DNA of 64,000 nucleotides from the human T2T-CHM13v2.0 reference genome, Homo sapiens, in NCBI RefSeq assembly GCF_009914755.1, contig NC_060932.1; one strand, written 5' to 3'. Made by a program: the position numbers and the translations under genes. Under the pieces are notes generated by a model. The model worked only from the letters and a program-made list of their open reading frames with translations. It was not told where the DNA came from and did no database searches. This document shows positions 40,763-54,628 of this stretch, piece after piece. Position 1 is the stretch's first letter. Each line of letters begins with the position of its first letter.

Positions 40763-42040
40763 AAGCTGAATTTGCTTTTAATGAGGAGTGGCATTTAGAG
40801 GAAGAGTTCTTAAGTAGATTAGGCTGATTAAAAGCAAAGGATTGGAATAAGCAAAGGATTGGAATAAGCATGAAAAGAGGATGGGGATTTAGTGAAGTGG
40901 GTCACGCAGGCTCCACAGATAATGTAGTATAAAGTTAGGACCCAGTGTTGGGAAAGGGGAAGTACCCTGACCCAGCAGGACCTCTTGACTATGTTAATAA
41001 AGGTGGAAGACAAAATAGTCATTGTGCAATGGCTTCCCTTTCTGGCTACAAAGGGCACATCTATGGGAATCTTACGGACCTCTGTATTCATGGAAAACCT
41101 CTGAGGGCACTTGCAATTTACACTGATGCACTCTGACTGCACTCACTCCAACAGTATATCAGAATAAGATATATTCTGTAGTACAGTTACCAAGAATAAG
41201 AACAATTCTTAATAACACTATTTTCCTCCTCATAGGAGGCAAATGGGCCCCATCACACAATAACATACAATTGACACCAGTCTTGGCACAAGTCTGTTAA
41301 CTGAGACAAAGTGATTGGCTTTATCCCTAACTGCCTTGGAACCCAGAAATAATTGAATCATGGGCTAATTGCAGTAACAATTATCCATCATGATATCTGG
41401 CATATGACCAAGGGATGATTCTGTTAAGGGAAATACCTCTGTAATTTTTACTGATTTATTCTGTATTAAAACTGTACTGATTTGTTCTGTATTAAAACTG
41501 AATTGTACTGTAACTATATTGTGATATCGTGCAACAATGACATTTTGGGTTAGATTCAACTATCATGTGTACATAAGTTATATGATAATATCAATATTAA
41601 TGGTCAAATACATTGAGAGATTGAAGTAAAGCCTCCTCAGGATGTAACACAATGGAAAGTGAATGACCCAAGGAAGAATGGGATTTAACTACCATCAACT
41701 AATTTGTATTCTATTACAAATAGAAGTTGGTGCAAAAGTAATTTATTTAATAAATCATCCTGTACAAGCTTATCACAAGGTACAATAATGGTATATCAAG
41801 AGAACAGTGCATAATCAAATTAGTATGAAAATAAGAAAATGTATGTAATACCTTTAGAGAATGGATTATTTCCTTAAGTCTGTCTCTACTCCAAACTGAC
41901 TCCTTCAAATGTTAGGCATATTCATGCTGATGCAATTGTTATATCAGGCATATAAATGCTCTATCAAGTGCAGATGCTCCTCAAATCTGATTACTCTGCT
42001 GTAAGAGAACCCATGCCAAGAGCCAGAGTGAGAGGAACCG

Positions 42041-42601
42041 TGTGGGAAGGGATAAACTGAGTCAAATACTGCACATTCCCAAGAAGAAGCTGTCTTCAGG
42101 ACTGGCCCTTGGCTAACAAATGTGCTTCATATTGAACACCTGTTTCTGTATGTCTGTGGCCTTGGGCCGTGCAGTACCAGTTTGATGAGATAGTTTATGT
42201 TAACAAATGTGATTTACAGTGAATTTCTCTTTTTCTCTGAGGGGCTGGAGCTTGAGTAGCCGAGACTTTGTTATGTAGTTGCTACATGCCAACAAGAGTG
42301 ACACTTCATTAGAAATCTTAGGCAGCAAGGCTTGGTTGAGCTTCCCTTGTTGGTGACACTCTGCACATGCTGGCATAAATTATTGCTGGGAGAATTAAGC
42401 ATGTTCATATGATACTACTAGGAAAAGACAACTGGAAGCTTGCATCTGGTTTCTTCTGGACATTGCCCATGCATTTTTTCTTTAATTAGTTTTAATCTGT
42501 TTCCTTTGGCTTTAATAAATCACAGCTCTGAATGTAACAGCTTATGAGTCTTTGAGTCCTTCTCACTGAGCCTGCCAGTGGTCTTGGCAATCCCCGACAC
42601 A
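42041..42601 (+). mobile_element. ERVL 3' LTR (MER77/MER68/MER21 group)
   Basis: TG...CA termini, preceded by a purine-rich tract 'agagtgagaggaa'; motifs 'ggcccttggct', 'attgctgggagaattaagc', 'aataaatcacagc', 'gtggtcttggcaatccccgacaca'. Confidence 0.75.
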
Positions 42602-43645
42602 GAAAATTTCTCAGCATAATAAAGGGCATCTGTAAAAAATCCAGAGATTTAACATCATACTTAATGGTGAAAGACTGAAAACATTCCTCCTGGATCAGAA
42701 ATAAAACAAGGATGTTCATTCTTGCCATCACTTATCTACATTGTACTAGAAGTTCTAGCCATGACAATTAGACAAAATGCATGCAGATTTGAAAGGAAGA
42801 AGTAAATGACATATATTTGTAGATAGCATCATCTTATATGTAGAAAATCTTAAGGAAACCCTTCCACTCACAAAATTATTAGAGCTAATAAATGGGTTTA
42901 GCAGAGTTGTAGGATACAAAATTAATATGCAAAAATAAGCTGTATTTCTATCCAATAGGAATGACCCATCTGGAAGAAAATTAAGAAAAAAATTCCATTT
43001 ACAACAGCAACAAAAAATAAAGCACTTAGGAATAAATGTATCCAAAGAAGTGTAAGACTTGTGTATCACAAGTCATTTTTGAAACACATAAAACAATGTT
43101 GAAAGAAATTAAAGACCTAAATAAATGGAAAGAGATCCTGTATTCATGAGAAGGAAAACTTAATACTGGTAAGATGGCAATACTCCCTCAAATTAATCTA
43201 TAGATTCAATGTAATCTCTATCAAAATTTCAACAGACCTTTTTTTTTTGCATAAATTAGGACAATGATCCTAAAATTCATATGGAATTTCAAGGGACCCC
43301 AAATAGTCAAAACATTCTTAAAAGTAAGAAAGTTGGAGAACTCACATTTCCTTATTTCAAAACTTACTAAAAGCTACAATTATCAAAACATTGTAGTACT
43401 AGCATAAGGAGACACATTTTGATCAGTGAATAATAATTGAGAGTTCAGAAATAAACAAATATGCCTATGGTAAATTAATTTTTGCTAAAGATGTCATGAC
43501 CATTAGATGTGGTAAGAATAATGTCTTCAACAAATTGTTCTGAGGCAACTGGATATTCACACACAAACAATGAAATTGAACTTCTACCTTACAACATATA
43601 CAAAATTGAACTAAAAATGGTTCAAAGACCTAGATATAAGATCCA

Positions 43646-44037
43646 TGTATTAGCCCATTCTCATGCTGCTATGAAGAAATACCCAAGCCTGGGTAATTTA
43701 TAAAGAAAAAAGGTTTAATTGACTCACAGTTCTCCAGAGCTGGGGAGACCCCAGGAAACTTACAATCATGGCAGAAGGGGAAGCAGACATGTTCTTCTTC
43801 ACATGGCAGCATGAAGAGAAGTGCCAAGCAAAGTGCGAAAAGCCCCTTATAAACCATTAGATCTCATGAGAACTAACTCACTATCATGAGAATAGCATGG
43901 GGGTAATCGCTCCCAATGGGGGTAATGGCTGTCATGATTCAATTACCTCTCATGTGGTCCCTCCCATGACATGTGGAGATTATGGGATTACAATTCAAGG
44001 TGAGATATGGGTGGGGAAACAGAACCAAACCATATCA
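43646..44037 (-). mobile_element. THE1 solo LTR
   Basis: 'tgtattagcccattctcatgctgctatgaagaaataccc...ccaaaccatatca'; TSD ATCCA/AGCCA. Confidence 0.9.
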
Positions 44038-45072
44038 AGCCAAAACTATAAAACTCTTAGGAGGAAATGGATAAATTCTCATGATCTTAGATTAAGCAAT
44101 ATGACAACAAAAACACAGGATTAAAAAAAAAGTGGGCTTCATTAAAATGAAAACCTTTTGCGCATTAAAAGGCATTATCAAGAAAATGAAGTAACAATCC
44201 ATAGAATTGGAAAATATATTTGCAAATCATATATTTAATAAGAGTTTATTATGCAGAATATTAAGGAATTTTTTAAACTCTTACAACAAAAAGGCAACCC
44301 AGTTAAAAAATACACAAAGAACTTGAATAGACATCTCTTTAAAGAAGGTTTACAAATGGTCAATAAACACATTAAAGGATATTTGGCATCACTAATCATT
44401 ACAAAAATTCAAACCATAATGAAATACAACTTCACACCCATTAGAATAGCAATAATAATAATAATAATAATATATGTTGGAAATATTGTGACAAATTTAG
44501 AATCTCTGCACATTGCTGGTAGGAATGTAAAATGGTACAGCTGTAGAAAGCAGTTTGTTGGTCTCCCAAAATGTTAAACATAGAATTGCCATATGATCCA
44601 GCAATTCCACTCTCAGGTATATATCCAAAAGAATTTAAAACAGGGACTCAAACAGATAATGTGTATTAATATTCATAGCAGCATTATTCAGAATAGTCCC
44701 CAGAATAGAAATGACCCAAGTGTCCATCAAGAGAATGAATAAACAATATGTAATATGTACATATAATGAACTATTAAAGGAATGAAGTACTGATATACGC
44801 TCCAACATGCATGAACCTTGAAAACATTAAGTGAGAGAAACCAGACATAAAAAGTCACATATTATATAATCCAATTCATATAAAATATTCAGAATAGGAA
44901 AATCAACAGACACAGAAAGTAGATACATGGTTGCCAGGGCTTGGAGGGAGAGATAATGGAGAGTGCCCATTAATAGGTAGAGTTTCTTTTGGGAGGTGAT
45001 TGGAATGTTCTGGAATGATGTAGTCATGATGGTTTCACAACCCTGTGAATGTACTAAAAGCCACTGAATTAT

Positions 45073-45582
45073 CGTGATGGTTAATTTTAGAAGTCAACTT
45101 GACTGGATTAAGGGATACCTAGAGAGCTCTGGAGAGCTGGTGAGGCATTACTTCCAGATGTGTCTGTGAGGGTGTTTCCAGAGGAGATTGGTGTGAGAGT
45201 CTGTGGACTGAGTGAAGAACCACCCTCACTGTGGGCGGGCATTGTCCAGTTGAGTAGGGGCCTGAACAGAACAAAATGGCAGAAGAAACATGAATTCACT
45301 CTCCTGTAGCTGGAACACCTTTCTTCTCCTGCCCTTGGATGTTAGAACTCCAGGTTCTCTGGCCTTCAGACTCCAGAATGCATCAGTGGCTCCCTGAATT
45401 CTCAGACCAACTGCATTGGATTGAGAGTTATTAATACATCATCAGCTTCCTTGATCCTGAGACTTTCAGACTTGGACTGAGTCAGCATTCCTGGATTTCC
45501 AGCTTGCAGACTGTCTATCATGGGACCTCTCTGTTTCTGTAATCACATGAGGCAATTCACCTAATAAATCCCTTCTAATCTA

Positions 45583-45630
<48 letters not shown>

Positions 45631-45683
45631 CCTGTCTGTCTATCTTACTGGTTCTGTCTTTCTGGAGAACCCTAACTAATACA
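45073..45683 (+). mobile_element. MLT2 (HERV-L) solo LTR with internal (TCTG)n
   Basis: 'gtgatggttaattt...gtcaacttgactggattaagggatacct' to 'ctggagaaccctaactaataca'; TSD ATTAT. Confidence 0.9.
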
Positions 45684-47466
45684 ATTATATACTTTAAAAT
45701 GGCTAAAGTGGTACGTTTTATGTTATGGAAATGTTATCTCTATTTAAAAAAAGCAGAAGAAAAAACAAAACTCTGGCCTCCTCTGAGTGTTTTGGTTAAG
45801 GAGAAATAAGAATCTTGAAGGGTCATGTAGTATTTTCAATGTTGTTACAAAGACTAAAATTAAGTTACTTGGAAGATGATTTAGGCAACTTAGAACATTT
45901 GCACAGATCACATTAGTATTTCTTATAAAATCAATACTAAAAATGCATGAACATGTGCCACAACAGCAATAATGATGACAATAACAGCAACAAAGTGTGG
46001 TGGATATGATCTTTTGTGTATTAATTTGTATCTCAATCCTTATCTATATTTGAGCCCATGACCTAGACTCAGCATATCAGGGTCACTTGGTCTTGGTTTT
46101 GAGTCAGGATCCAGGATCATAAAACAGCTGGACAAGAAGACATCCTTCCTGAGAGCAATGGTAGGGTTGTCATCCAGGCTGGCCAATTATTCTCATTTAT
46201 TCCTGCTCATTTTCAGTACTCACTTCTTCATAATTTCTATAAAATCCATGAGAATCTTGACATCATTTCAAGATATTTCTTTTCTGTTTAAATCAGCCAG
46301 CATCCATTTTGGTTGTTTACAAGAAATAACTGGCTGAAATGAAAATTTGCACTCACACCATCTGACAGCTGGACTCCCTGAACCTTGTGTTGGGCAACTT
46401 CCTCAAGCTGTGAGGCCCTTGGCCTGGCCCAGTGTCCCCAGTCAACTGGTTTTCACCCCCAGAATTGTTCCCATAGTTGTTTTTCACTAATGTCTCTACT
46501 TTTAACCAAATAATTTAGCTCTATGTAGCCCACAAATAATTTTTTTCTAATATCTACCTTCCCCTCCAATTCCTACCACTCATATCCATCAGAACCCAGT
46601 CAAAATTCGTCTTCTTCTTAAAAAAAAAAATGTGTTCCACCATACTTTAAACTTAACCTCTCCTGGACATTAAAACAATGCTTGTTCTAAATGCCAAATC
46701 CCATGGCAATATCTGAATCCACACTTCTATAAGAATTATTCTCATATTTCTTCATATTTCCAGCTAGCCTGTTACTTCCAGAAAGTTTCTAATTTCTCCA
46801 GCAAATTCTTCTCTTAATATCTTGGAATGTAGCTAGGACTACTCTCTACTTTGGATATTTTAAATTTCTAATATCAAGGACAATTGGTTTTGTATGAGCT
46901 AATTCATGTAATAATCTATTTCAATTGAAATCTAATTATATCAGTTTAGTAACTCCCTATGACCTTTGAGATAAATACAAACTCCTTAGTGGAACTTGAG
47001 AGCTTGAATGTCCCTCTGTTTGCTAGCCTCTGAGACTTCTGCAGTCTTTTTTCCACCTATTCTCTCTCATGCACTCTGTGTGTTACATTGATGAGCTCCT
47101 TGAAGTTTTAGGGCACCATCTTTTAGTGCATGCCTGCCTCCACACACATGGTTTTACTTTTCCTCAGATTTTATTTTTTCTACCACATAGATATTTACCC
47201 GAAGATTTAGCTCAAAATTCTTTTCTGTGAAGCCTTAGAAACTTAAATCAAGTCAGTCAAATAGAGAGCGGGACATGTGTGCTCTTATCTTAGCTTGGAT
47301 ACTAACTGTGTCCAAGGCAGGCCACCTAACCTCACACCATCTCAGCTTCTCAATAAGGTGATTGTTCTTATCAATCTGAGGGCAGTCACAGTGGGTAGAA
47401 ACTAAGATGACCAAGAGCTCAGAAAGACCTCAGAGGCTACAACTTGTTGATTATAGATTACGAGTC

Positions 47467-47863
47467 TGTATTAGTCTGCTTGTATTACTATAAAGAAATA
47501 TCAGAGACTGGTTAATTTATAAAGAAAAGAGGTTTAATTGGCTCATGGAATTGTAGTGCAAGCATCTGCTTCTGTTGTGGGCCTTAGGAAGCTCACAATT
47601 ATGGTGGAAGGTGAAGCAGGAGTAGACACATCACATAGTGATAGTGGGAGGAAGAGGGTGAGGGAATGAGGTCCTAGACTTTTAAACAACCAGATCTCAG
47701 GCGAACTGACTGAAAACTCACTTACCACCAAGGGGATGGTGCTAAACCATTCATGAGGGATCCGCCCCCGTAATCTGATCACCTCCCACCAGGTCCCACC
47801 TCCAACACTGGGAACCACATTTCAACATAAAATTTGGAGGAGACAAACATCCAAACCATATCA
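47467..47863 (-). mobile_element. MSTB-like MaLR solo LTR
   Basis: 'tgtattagtc...gaggtttaattggctcatgg...ggggatggtgctaaaccattcatgaggg...catccaaaccatatca'. Confidence 0.88.
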
Positions 47864-48832
47864 AGGTTTTACTGAAGATCTTTCATCTTTGCATTTAGAA
47901 CCATTGACTAGCACATGCATTTGTGGACACTGAGATGCACTTCACTTCTTAAGCCGTGGGGAATTAGTCCCATAGTATCTTCCCCTCTGGAAAATGAACA
48001 TTCACAAAGCTAGGATGAGCACAGGGGCTCAGAAACTGGAAAATAAATGTATTGTTTTATGTTCCTGGCCAGGGAGAATAGGAATCTGGAGAGAAGAGAA
48101 TGGAGAGATGACAGATTTGGAAGCTGTGTGCAGAAGCGTTAAGTGCCTATGGGGAATATACCGGAGCATATTGCCTGTGTACATTTTCTGGAGCAGTTGC
48201 TGCCAGCACAGGCAGACAAAGCCTATTTATCGAAGAGCACTGTTTTAGCTTCGCCACAGCTGCGTCAGAGAGTACAGCGAAGCTTCTGAGTGCACACAAA
48301 GCTGCCGGCTCAGGGAGAATGGTCGGCAACCTTCAACATACACTCTTTTCAGAATGTGGGAAGACAAAACACAAAAGAGTCTTGCAGAATAACCTCTGGT
48401 AAAATGTGTCTGAATTCTTTATTAAGTAATTGAATGTAGCCTTTCTTGCTGCAAGTTGGATAGGAGCTGGGTATCTGTGAAGAGAGGGTGTGGAGAATAA
48501 ATGAGAGGTAAATTTTTTGTGATTAGGCAAACCTTTACGTTCAGTTTTGCAGTGAGTATTACTCAAATGGTTTGTGAATTCTACAAAGCATGCTGGAATA
48601 TTTTTCATTAACATTCCTTGAGCTTTAATGATAGGTAGTATCTGCTGACAGATAACAGCCATTGTGGTTACCTGATGATACAGTTTATTCCATGGAAGCC
48701 AGGGTAGATATGAGAATCCACTCCACTTAAAGTGGATACCAAGGAGTATCAATTAGGTGGTGAAAACATGAGCTCTAGGAGTGGGGTAATTCAGTGCTCC
48801 CTTAAGTTTTGTTTTCAAGACTTTTGGTTTTA

Positions 48833-49140
<308 letters not shown>

Positions 49141-50041
49141 AAGACCTTTGGTTTTAATAATTAGATGAAACCTGTTTCTGGACCTGAGGCCCCTTCAGTA
49201 GTTGTGACATTCATGTGATCTCTATGGGGAAAAAGTGAAGCAGAGACTCTCTGGTTTTCAGCATCTTCTAAAGCTTACTGGCATTGTGATACATCCTGGC
49301 ATCTTGAGAGTAGGGAAGCTGACTGCTCAAGTCCATATCCCATGAATATATTCACAAATATTAGTATAACCCATAACACTTTCCATCTGACAACATCATG
49401 GCTCTCCCAGATCACGTCCATTTTCTGTCACCATAATAACCAACAGTCACTGGAATGTAAGAGCCAAGAGAGCAGAAACCTTGTCTGCCTTGTTTTCTCT
49501 TTACCAAGTGGCTCCCAGAGTCTCTGGCACATTAGAGGCATCAGTAAATACAGCTGGATAGAATAATACCCCATCATGACAACGTAGCACTGAGAAATAG
49601 ACAAGGGAAAGCAAGTCTGTAAAGATGAGCTCTCCCTCAATTTGAAGGTGTGCGTTTGACTTCATCACCCCATCCAGGGATAGAGTCTTTCTCCCTTCTG
49701 GCCTCTAGGTTGTTAGATCCATATTTTCAGTGGAGATAATGTTCAAATTCTATGTGCCCTCCACAGCATCTAGATTTAATATTTCATATAAGGTGACCAC
49801 AAACTTGAAAATTTCTGTATTCATTAGTTAGATTTTATTTCCATTTGGGAAGGAGGTTTTCAGATGTCTGCTTAAGAAACGTGAGCCCTTGACCCAATTT
49901 TTCACTACTCAGTTCCTTCATATGTTATTTGAGCACAATGGCTTTTGACTCTGAGAAAAATAAACAAATAAACAGTAAAAACAAAAGAAAGAAAAACACC
50001 ACCACCACTAAAACTCCTTTAAATTTAACATTAAAAATGTG

Positions 50042-50276
50042 AAAGAATGTAATAACGTCTTTTGCACATTATTACGTTCTTTGGATGCAATAATATCCAA
50101 AGAACTGGAGGCCATTATTCCAAGGGAAGTAACTCAAGAATGAAAAACAAAATACTACATGTTCTCACTTATAAGTGGGAGCTAAGCTCCGGGTATGCAG
50201 GGTCATAGGGAGTGGCATAATGGACACTGGAGATTCAGAAGTGTGGGGAGGGGTAATGTACAGTATTTGGGTGACA
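50042..50276 (+). mobile_element. L1 3' fragment (L1MA/L1PB-like) with rearranged 5' end
   Basis: 'gaactggaggccattatt...atgttctcacttataagtgggagctaagct'. Confidence 0.8.
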
Positions 50277-50521
50277 TCCTTTAGTTGGCAAGTTCTGGAG
50301 ACCTACCTCCATGATATACTAATTTGTGACTGAAGAAAATCACTTACCTTGTTGGAACATCAGGTTTATTTATTTATTATAAATTGGGATTAGTAATATC
50401 AATAATATAAATGCCTATCTCACAAAGATGTTGTGAGACATAAGGTGAATAATTATATGTTTATTTTACATATATATGTCCATGTTTACAGCATGTGCTG
50501 GAAGGCTTCATGAAAATATTA

Positions 50522-50833
<312 letters not shown>

Positions 50834-52423
50834 GATTATTGATTAATCGTTAGTCCACATCTACTGTTTTATTGTTGCCATTGTCATGAAAAAGGGCACA
50901 TGGAAACCTGTTAAAGTCACTATTGGCCTTCAGTGATTTCTCTTTCAATTACCATCTTCTGTTCACGTTAACAGGACTTCACCTGGTTAAAAATCCAGGA
51001 AGTGGGCTGGTGGACACACAAGGACTTGTCCCAGCCACAAAGGCCATTGCCCTTCACATGGAAAACTATTTTAACCTTGGTGCCACGCGGATTGCCATTT
51101 GATTATTACTACAAAAGAATGACTAGATAATAAAGGCTGCAGATTTAAAACCAGGTTGGAAGCAAATAAATGTAAAACAAAGCTGCATTGCCTTAGGAAA
51201 GGATGTAATGAACTGAACAACAACTGTTGGTTTGTTCAAATGAGCTCTGTGCTTCCATTTAGGGTCTCTCTCTCTCTCTCTCTCTTACTTGCTCCCCCTC
51301 TTTTTCTTTCTGTCACATGCACAGAGCCAGGAAGATAAAATTAAACTTCAGAAAGGAGCTGTGTTTCTGGACTGCCAGCTTTAAGCCAAAATTGATAGTG
51401 AGACACTGCTATCTGAAATGGTCTCATCGCAGACTTGGCTTATCGGATCAGTGGAGGAGGTAGTTGTCTCTTAGCTCAGAGGTAAGCCAGATTCAGTATA
51501 CAATTTTAGAGAAAATATTTTTTCTGTAAGAATGTCCCTTGCTGTACGGCTTGTTTTGGGAGCTGACTGTGACTGACAGGATATGTGTTTTCTAGTACAA
51601 TTAGGCAGAACAGGGCATAGGCTAGCCTGGCCGTCATCAAGAAGTCAGCCTCAACTGGCTGCACCAAAACACAACTTTGTAATACACAGCCTGTTGAAAG
51701 CAACAAAAGTTGGGACGGTACCTTACTTGCAGGCAATAGAGACAGGCTCTGGCTAAGATAAACAAACAAACAAACAAACAAAGGGAATCTATAGGAAAGG
51801 CATGGGGAATTCATGAGGTTGAAAGAGGGTGGAAGAATCAAGCCTGAGTCACAGAAACAAGGCAGCTCTAGATGGTGCTAGTAGCAGGAACAGCTCCACA
51901 ATTTCCCCTACTAGCTGAAACAAGCTCTGCAGCTTGTGTCTTGCTGCTGAGAAATCACAGTCTCAAATAAAAGTCCGGTGAGCCACGTCTTAGGTAAAGG
52001 GGCATTGAGAGAGAGAGTTTGGCTATGGAAACTGCAATAACTGCCTTAGCTTCTATAGTGAAAGGGCAGGTGCCAGAACTTAGCACCCCAGGAAATGATA
52101 AGAGGTGCTGAGTGAGTCCCCCTAAAAAATGTTCATTGAAGGAGAAAGGTTTAGGTGAGAAACTTAAAACTCAGATTGTAATCTCTTTTCTTCAGACTTC
52201 CATGTTAACTAGGTCTACATAGACCTCCTTGGTGGATTTTGGATTTCTCTCCATGAAGCTGGGTACTTTAAGCCTGAAAGGGTGGAAGCTGAAACACTTG
52301 GGCATGATGTAGACACAGGCAATCTTCTTTGCATCAATATGGGACATAGATCTTGGTGACAATTGCTAGAAGTGGTTTCTGTACATGTACCAGGTCAGTG
52401 CTATTGTTGGCATTATGAAATTT

Positions 52424-52919
52424 GAAAGAAAAGAAGGAAGGCAGGAAGGCAGGAACACAGGAAGGAAGGAAGGAAGGGAAAGAAAGAAGGAGAAGGATAA
52501 AGGAAAGGAAGGGAAGGGAAGCGGGGAAAGAGAGAGAGAAAGAGAGACAAAAGGGAAGGAGGAAGGGAAGGAAGGAAGGAAAGAAAGGGAAGGGAAGGGA
52601 GGAAGGAAAGAAGGAAGGAAGGAAAGAAAGAGAAAGAAAGAAAGAAAAGAAGGAAGGAAGGAGAGAAAGGAAGCAAGGAAGGAAGAAAGCAAGCAAGCAA
52701 GAAAGAACAAAGAAAGAAAGAGAGAAAGAAAGAAAGGGAAAGGAAAGGAAAGGGAGGGGAGGGGAGGGGAGGGGGAAGGAGAAAAGACAGAGAGAAAGAA
52801 GGGAAGGAGGCAGGGAGGGAAGGAAGGAAGGAAGGGAGGAAGGAAGGGAAAGAAAGATGGAGGGAGAGAGGGAAGGAAGGAATGAATGAAGGAAGGGAGG
52901 AAGGAAGGAAAGAGAAGGG
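52424..52919. repeat. Polypurine low-complexity tract (GGAA/GAAA/GGAG mix)
   Basis: About 500 bp that is almost all A/G on the + strand. Confidence 0.95.
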
Positions 52920-53919
52920 TCACAAACCTAAACAGATTCATCAAAGATTAGAATCAAGATAAGAAGCTGAATGAGTTAGAGAATAAGGTTCAAACAGACT
53001 GGGGGAATGGAAAGCAGCAGGGTAGCTCTCCGGTCAGCTTCTCATTCAGTTCAGATCGAATGATTTGGTTTCAAACATTAAGACAGTCTCAGGTCAATGC
53101 ACCAGCAGGGCATGGGGACATGGCAGTCTTCCTCACAGCCTGGGGAAGGTCGTTATAGACCCAGCCCCAGTTATTATGGACCCAGGCCCAAGAGCCATGC
53201 TAGGACTTTATTGTAGGCTGATGAAGTAAAGAAAATAATTTAGAATGTACAGTAGCATGTAAAGAAAAACAAACAAACAAACAAAAAACCCAGCAGCATG
53301 GGTTAAAGACAGAGTACCATCCATTTCTAATGAGCGGACAAGTTAATCATGGCAAACTCAGGGCTGATTTTGACTGTTATTGATATCAAGAAGTCTAATT
53401 TTATAGCCAGAAGTTTCTGGAGAGTGGCAGCATAATCATTCTGGTCTGGTTAAGGGGTTTGTTTCTAGATGGATTCGATAATATATAAAGTCCAATACTT
53501 GCATTGCAGAGATGAGCCAGTCCTTATGGGGGCAAGACAAAGCCACATGAAACATCTGGCTTCCATGAGCAGAAACAAGTTTCAAAACATGCTCAACTGC
53601 TCATGTAGCTGGTTTGTTCTCCCAGTTTTAAAACTGGGCACCTAATGGAGAGGTTGAGTAAAGGAAGCAGCCTGATAGGCATGTCTTTGCCAGCTTTTAC
53701 TTCCCCGTTCTCCATCCAATCCAGGGTGCTTAGCATCCAACTACAAATCTTTCATCGAGGAAAGCAGGGTGCAGACTTAAAAGAAATCCTGAGTTCATAT
53801 TTCCATTTCCTAAGAAGCAAAGTATTTTTTACTTCAATCGTCAACTCTTAAGAGAACTTCAGTTCTATTGAAGTCTGAACAAGAGCAAAAAGTATAAAGA
53901 ACTTAAGTATACACCTGAA

Positions 53920-54628
53920 TGTGACCAGACAAGAGTAGGGAGTTTTTCCTAGTACAGTGTTTCCAAAGTAATGGCAAGCTTTAGACATTTTCATTCAGGA
54001 GAATATATTTGGAGATGAACAAGTTTGAACTCTCAAGAGTGGAGGAACAGGAATGACCTTATCCTGTATCTATGTCTTGCTTTATGTTAAAACCTTTGAG
54101 AATGGAGACCCCTCTGAATCCACATAACTACAAAACTAAACAGAAACCATCAGTGTCAAACTGATTTCACTCTTGTCCAGAAAGATCAGGCTGTAAACCA
54201 ACAAATAATTTCATTGTTTGCTTCATGAAGTTTTTGCAAATTAATTTATGGGAACGGTTTTCTCAATCTAGGTAAATAGCTCTCCTACCTGGAGAAATAA
54301 ATTTTTCCCCTGGACAAACAACTCATTTATCAAACAAAAAATTTCCATAGCAAGATTGGCTTTAAGACCATCACCTCACCCATCTTGAAGCATTAAATAA
54401 AAATAATTCATCCAAATCTACTCAGCTCCTAGCCTTGAAACACCTGCCTTATACTCCTTGATCCCAGTCTTCAAAATCCTTTAAATATCTTTCCCTGACA
54501 TCCTCCTTCTGAGCTACTACTAAGGCCCTGCCAGCATTGTATCTTTCTCTACTGCGACGTGCCCAGTAAACCTAGGTTTGCTTCATCAAAGTGTTTTCTG
54601 GTGTTCTTTGGAGAGCCCAGAGTTGGCT
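53920..54628 (+). mobile_element. Possible ERV1-class solo LTR (MER67/MER31-like)
   Basis: 3' part 'cagtaaacctaggtttgcttcatcaaagtgttttctggtgttctttgg' resembles recalled LTR ends; 5' boundary uncertain. Confidence 0.35.

Larger units (their letters stand above)
37050..42040 (+). mobile_element. Degraded ERVL-class proviral internal region (late gag, pro, pol)
   Basis: Pol motifs QVVNLKHYCITGG (~37920), WSLRVDY*GLNKIV (~38070), FT..VLP/QGYLNSP..CHNLVRKNL (~38280-38360), a YxDD-equivalent (~38390) and RNase H-like WF....SKVDGQHPVWKA (~39200). Confidence 0.85.
42602..45755 (+). mobile_element. L1MB-like 3' part (RT to 3' UTR), continuing the L1 at 34935
   Basis: RT region 'aacatcatacttaatggtgaaagactgaaaacattcctcc' through the 3' UTR 'gtactaaaagccactgaattat...tttaaaatgg'. 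Confidence 0.88.

Noticed and set aside
52334-52944. Long ORFs (up to 192 aa) on both strands
   Set aside because: Translations of the purine/pyrimidine simple repeat, which lacks stop codons by composition.
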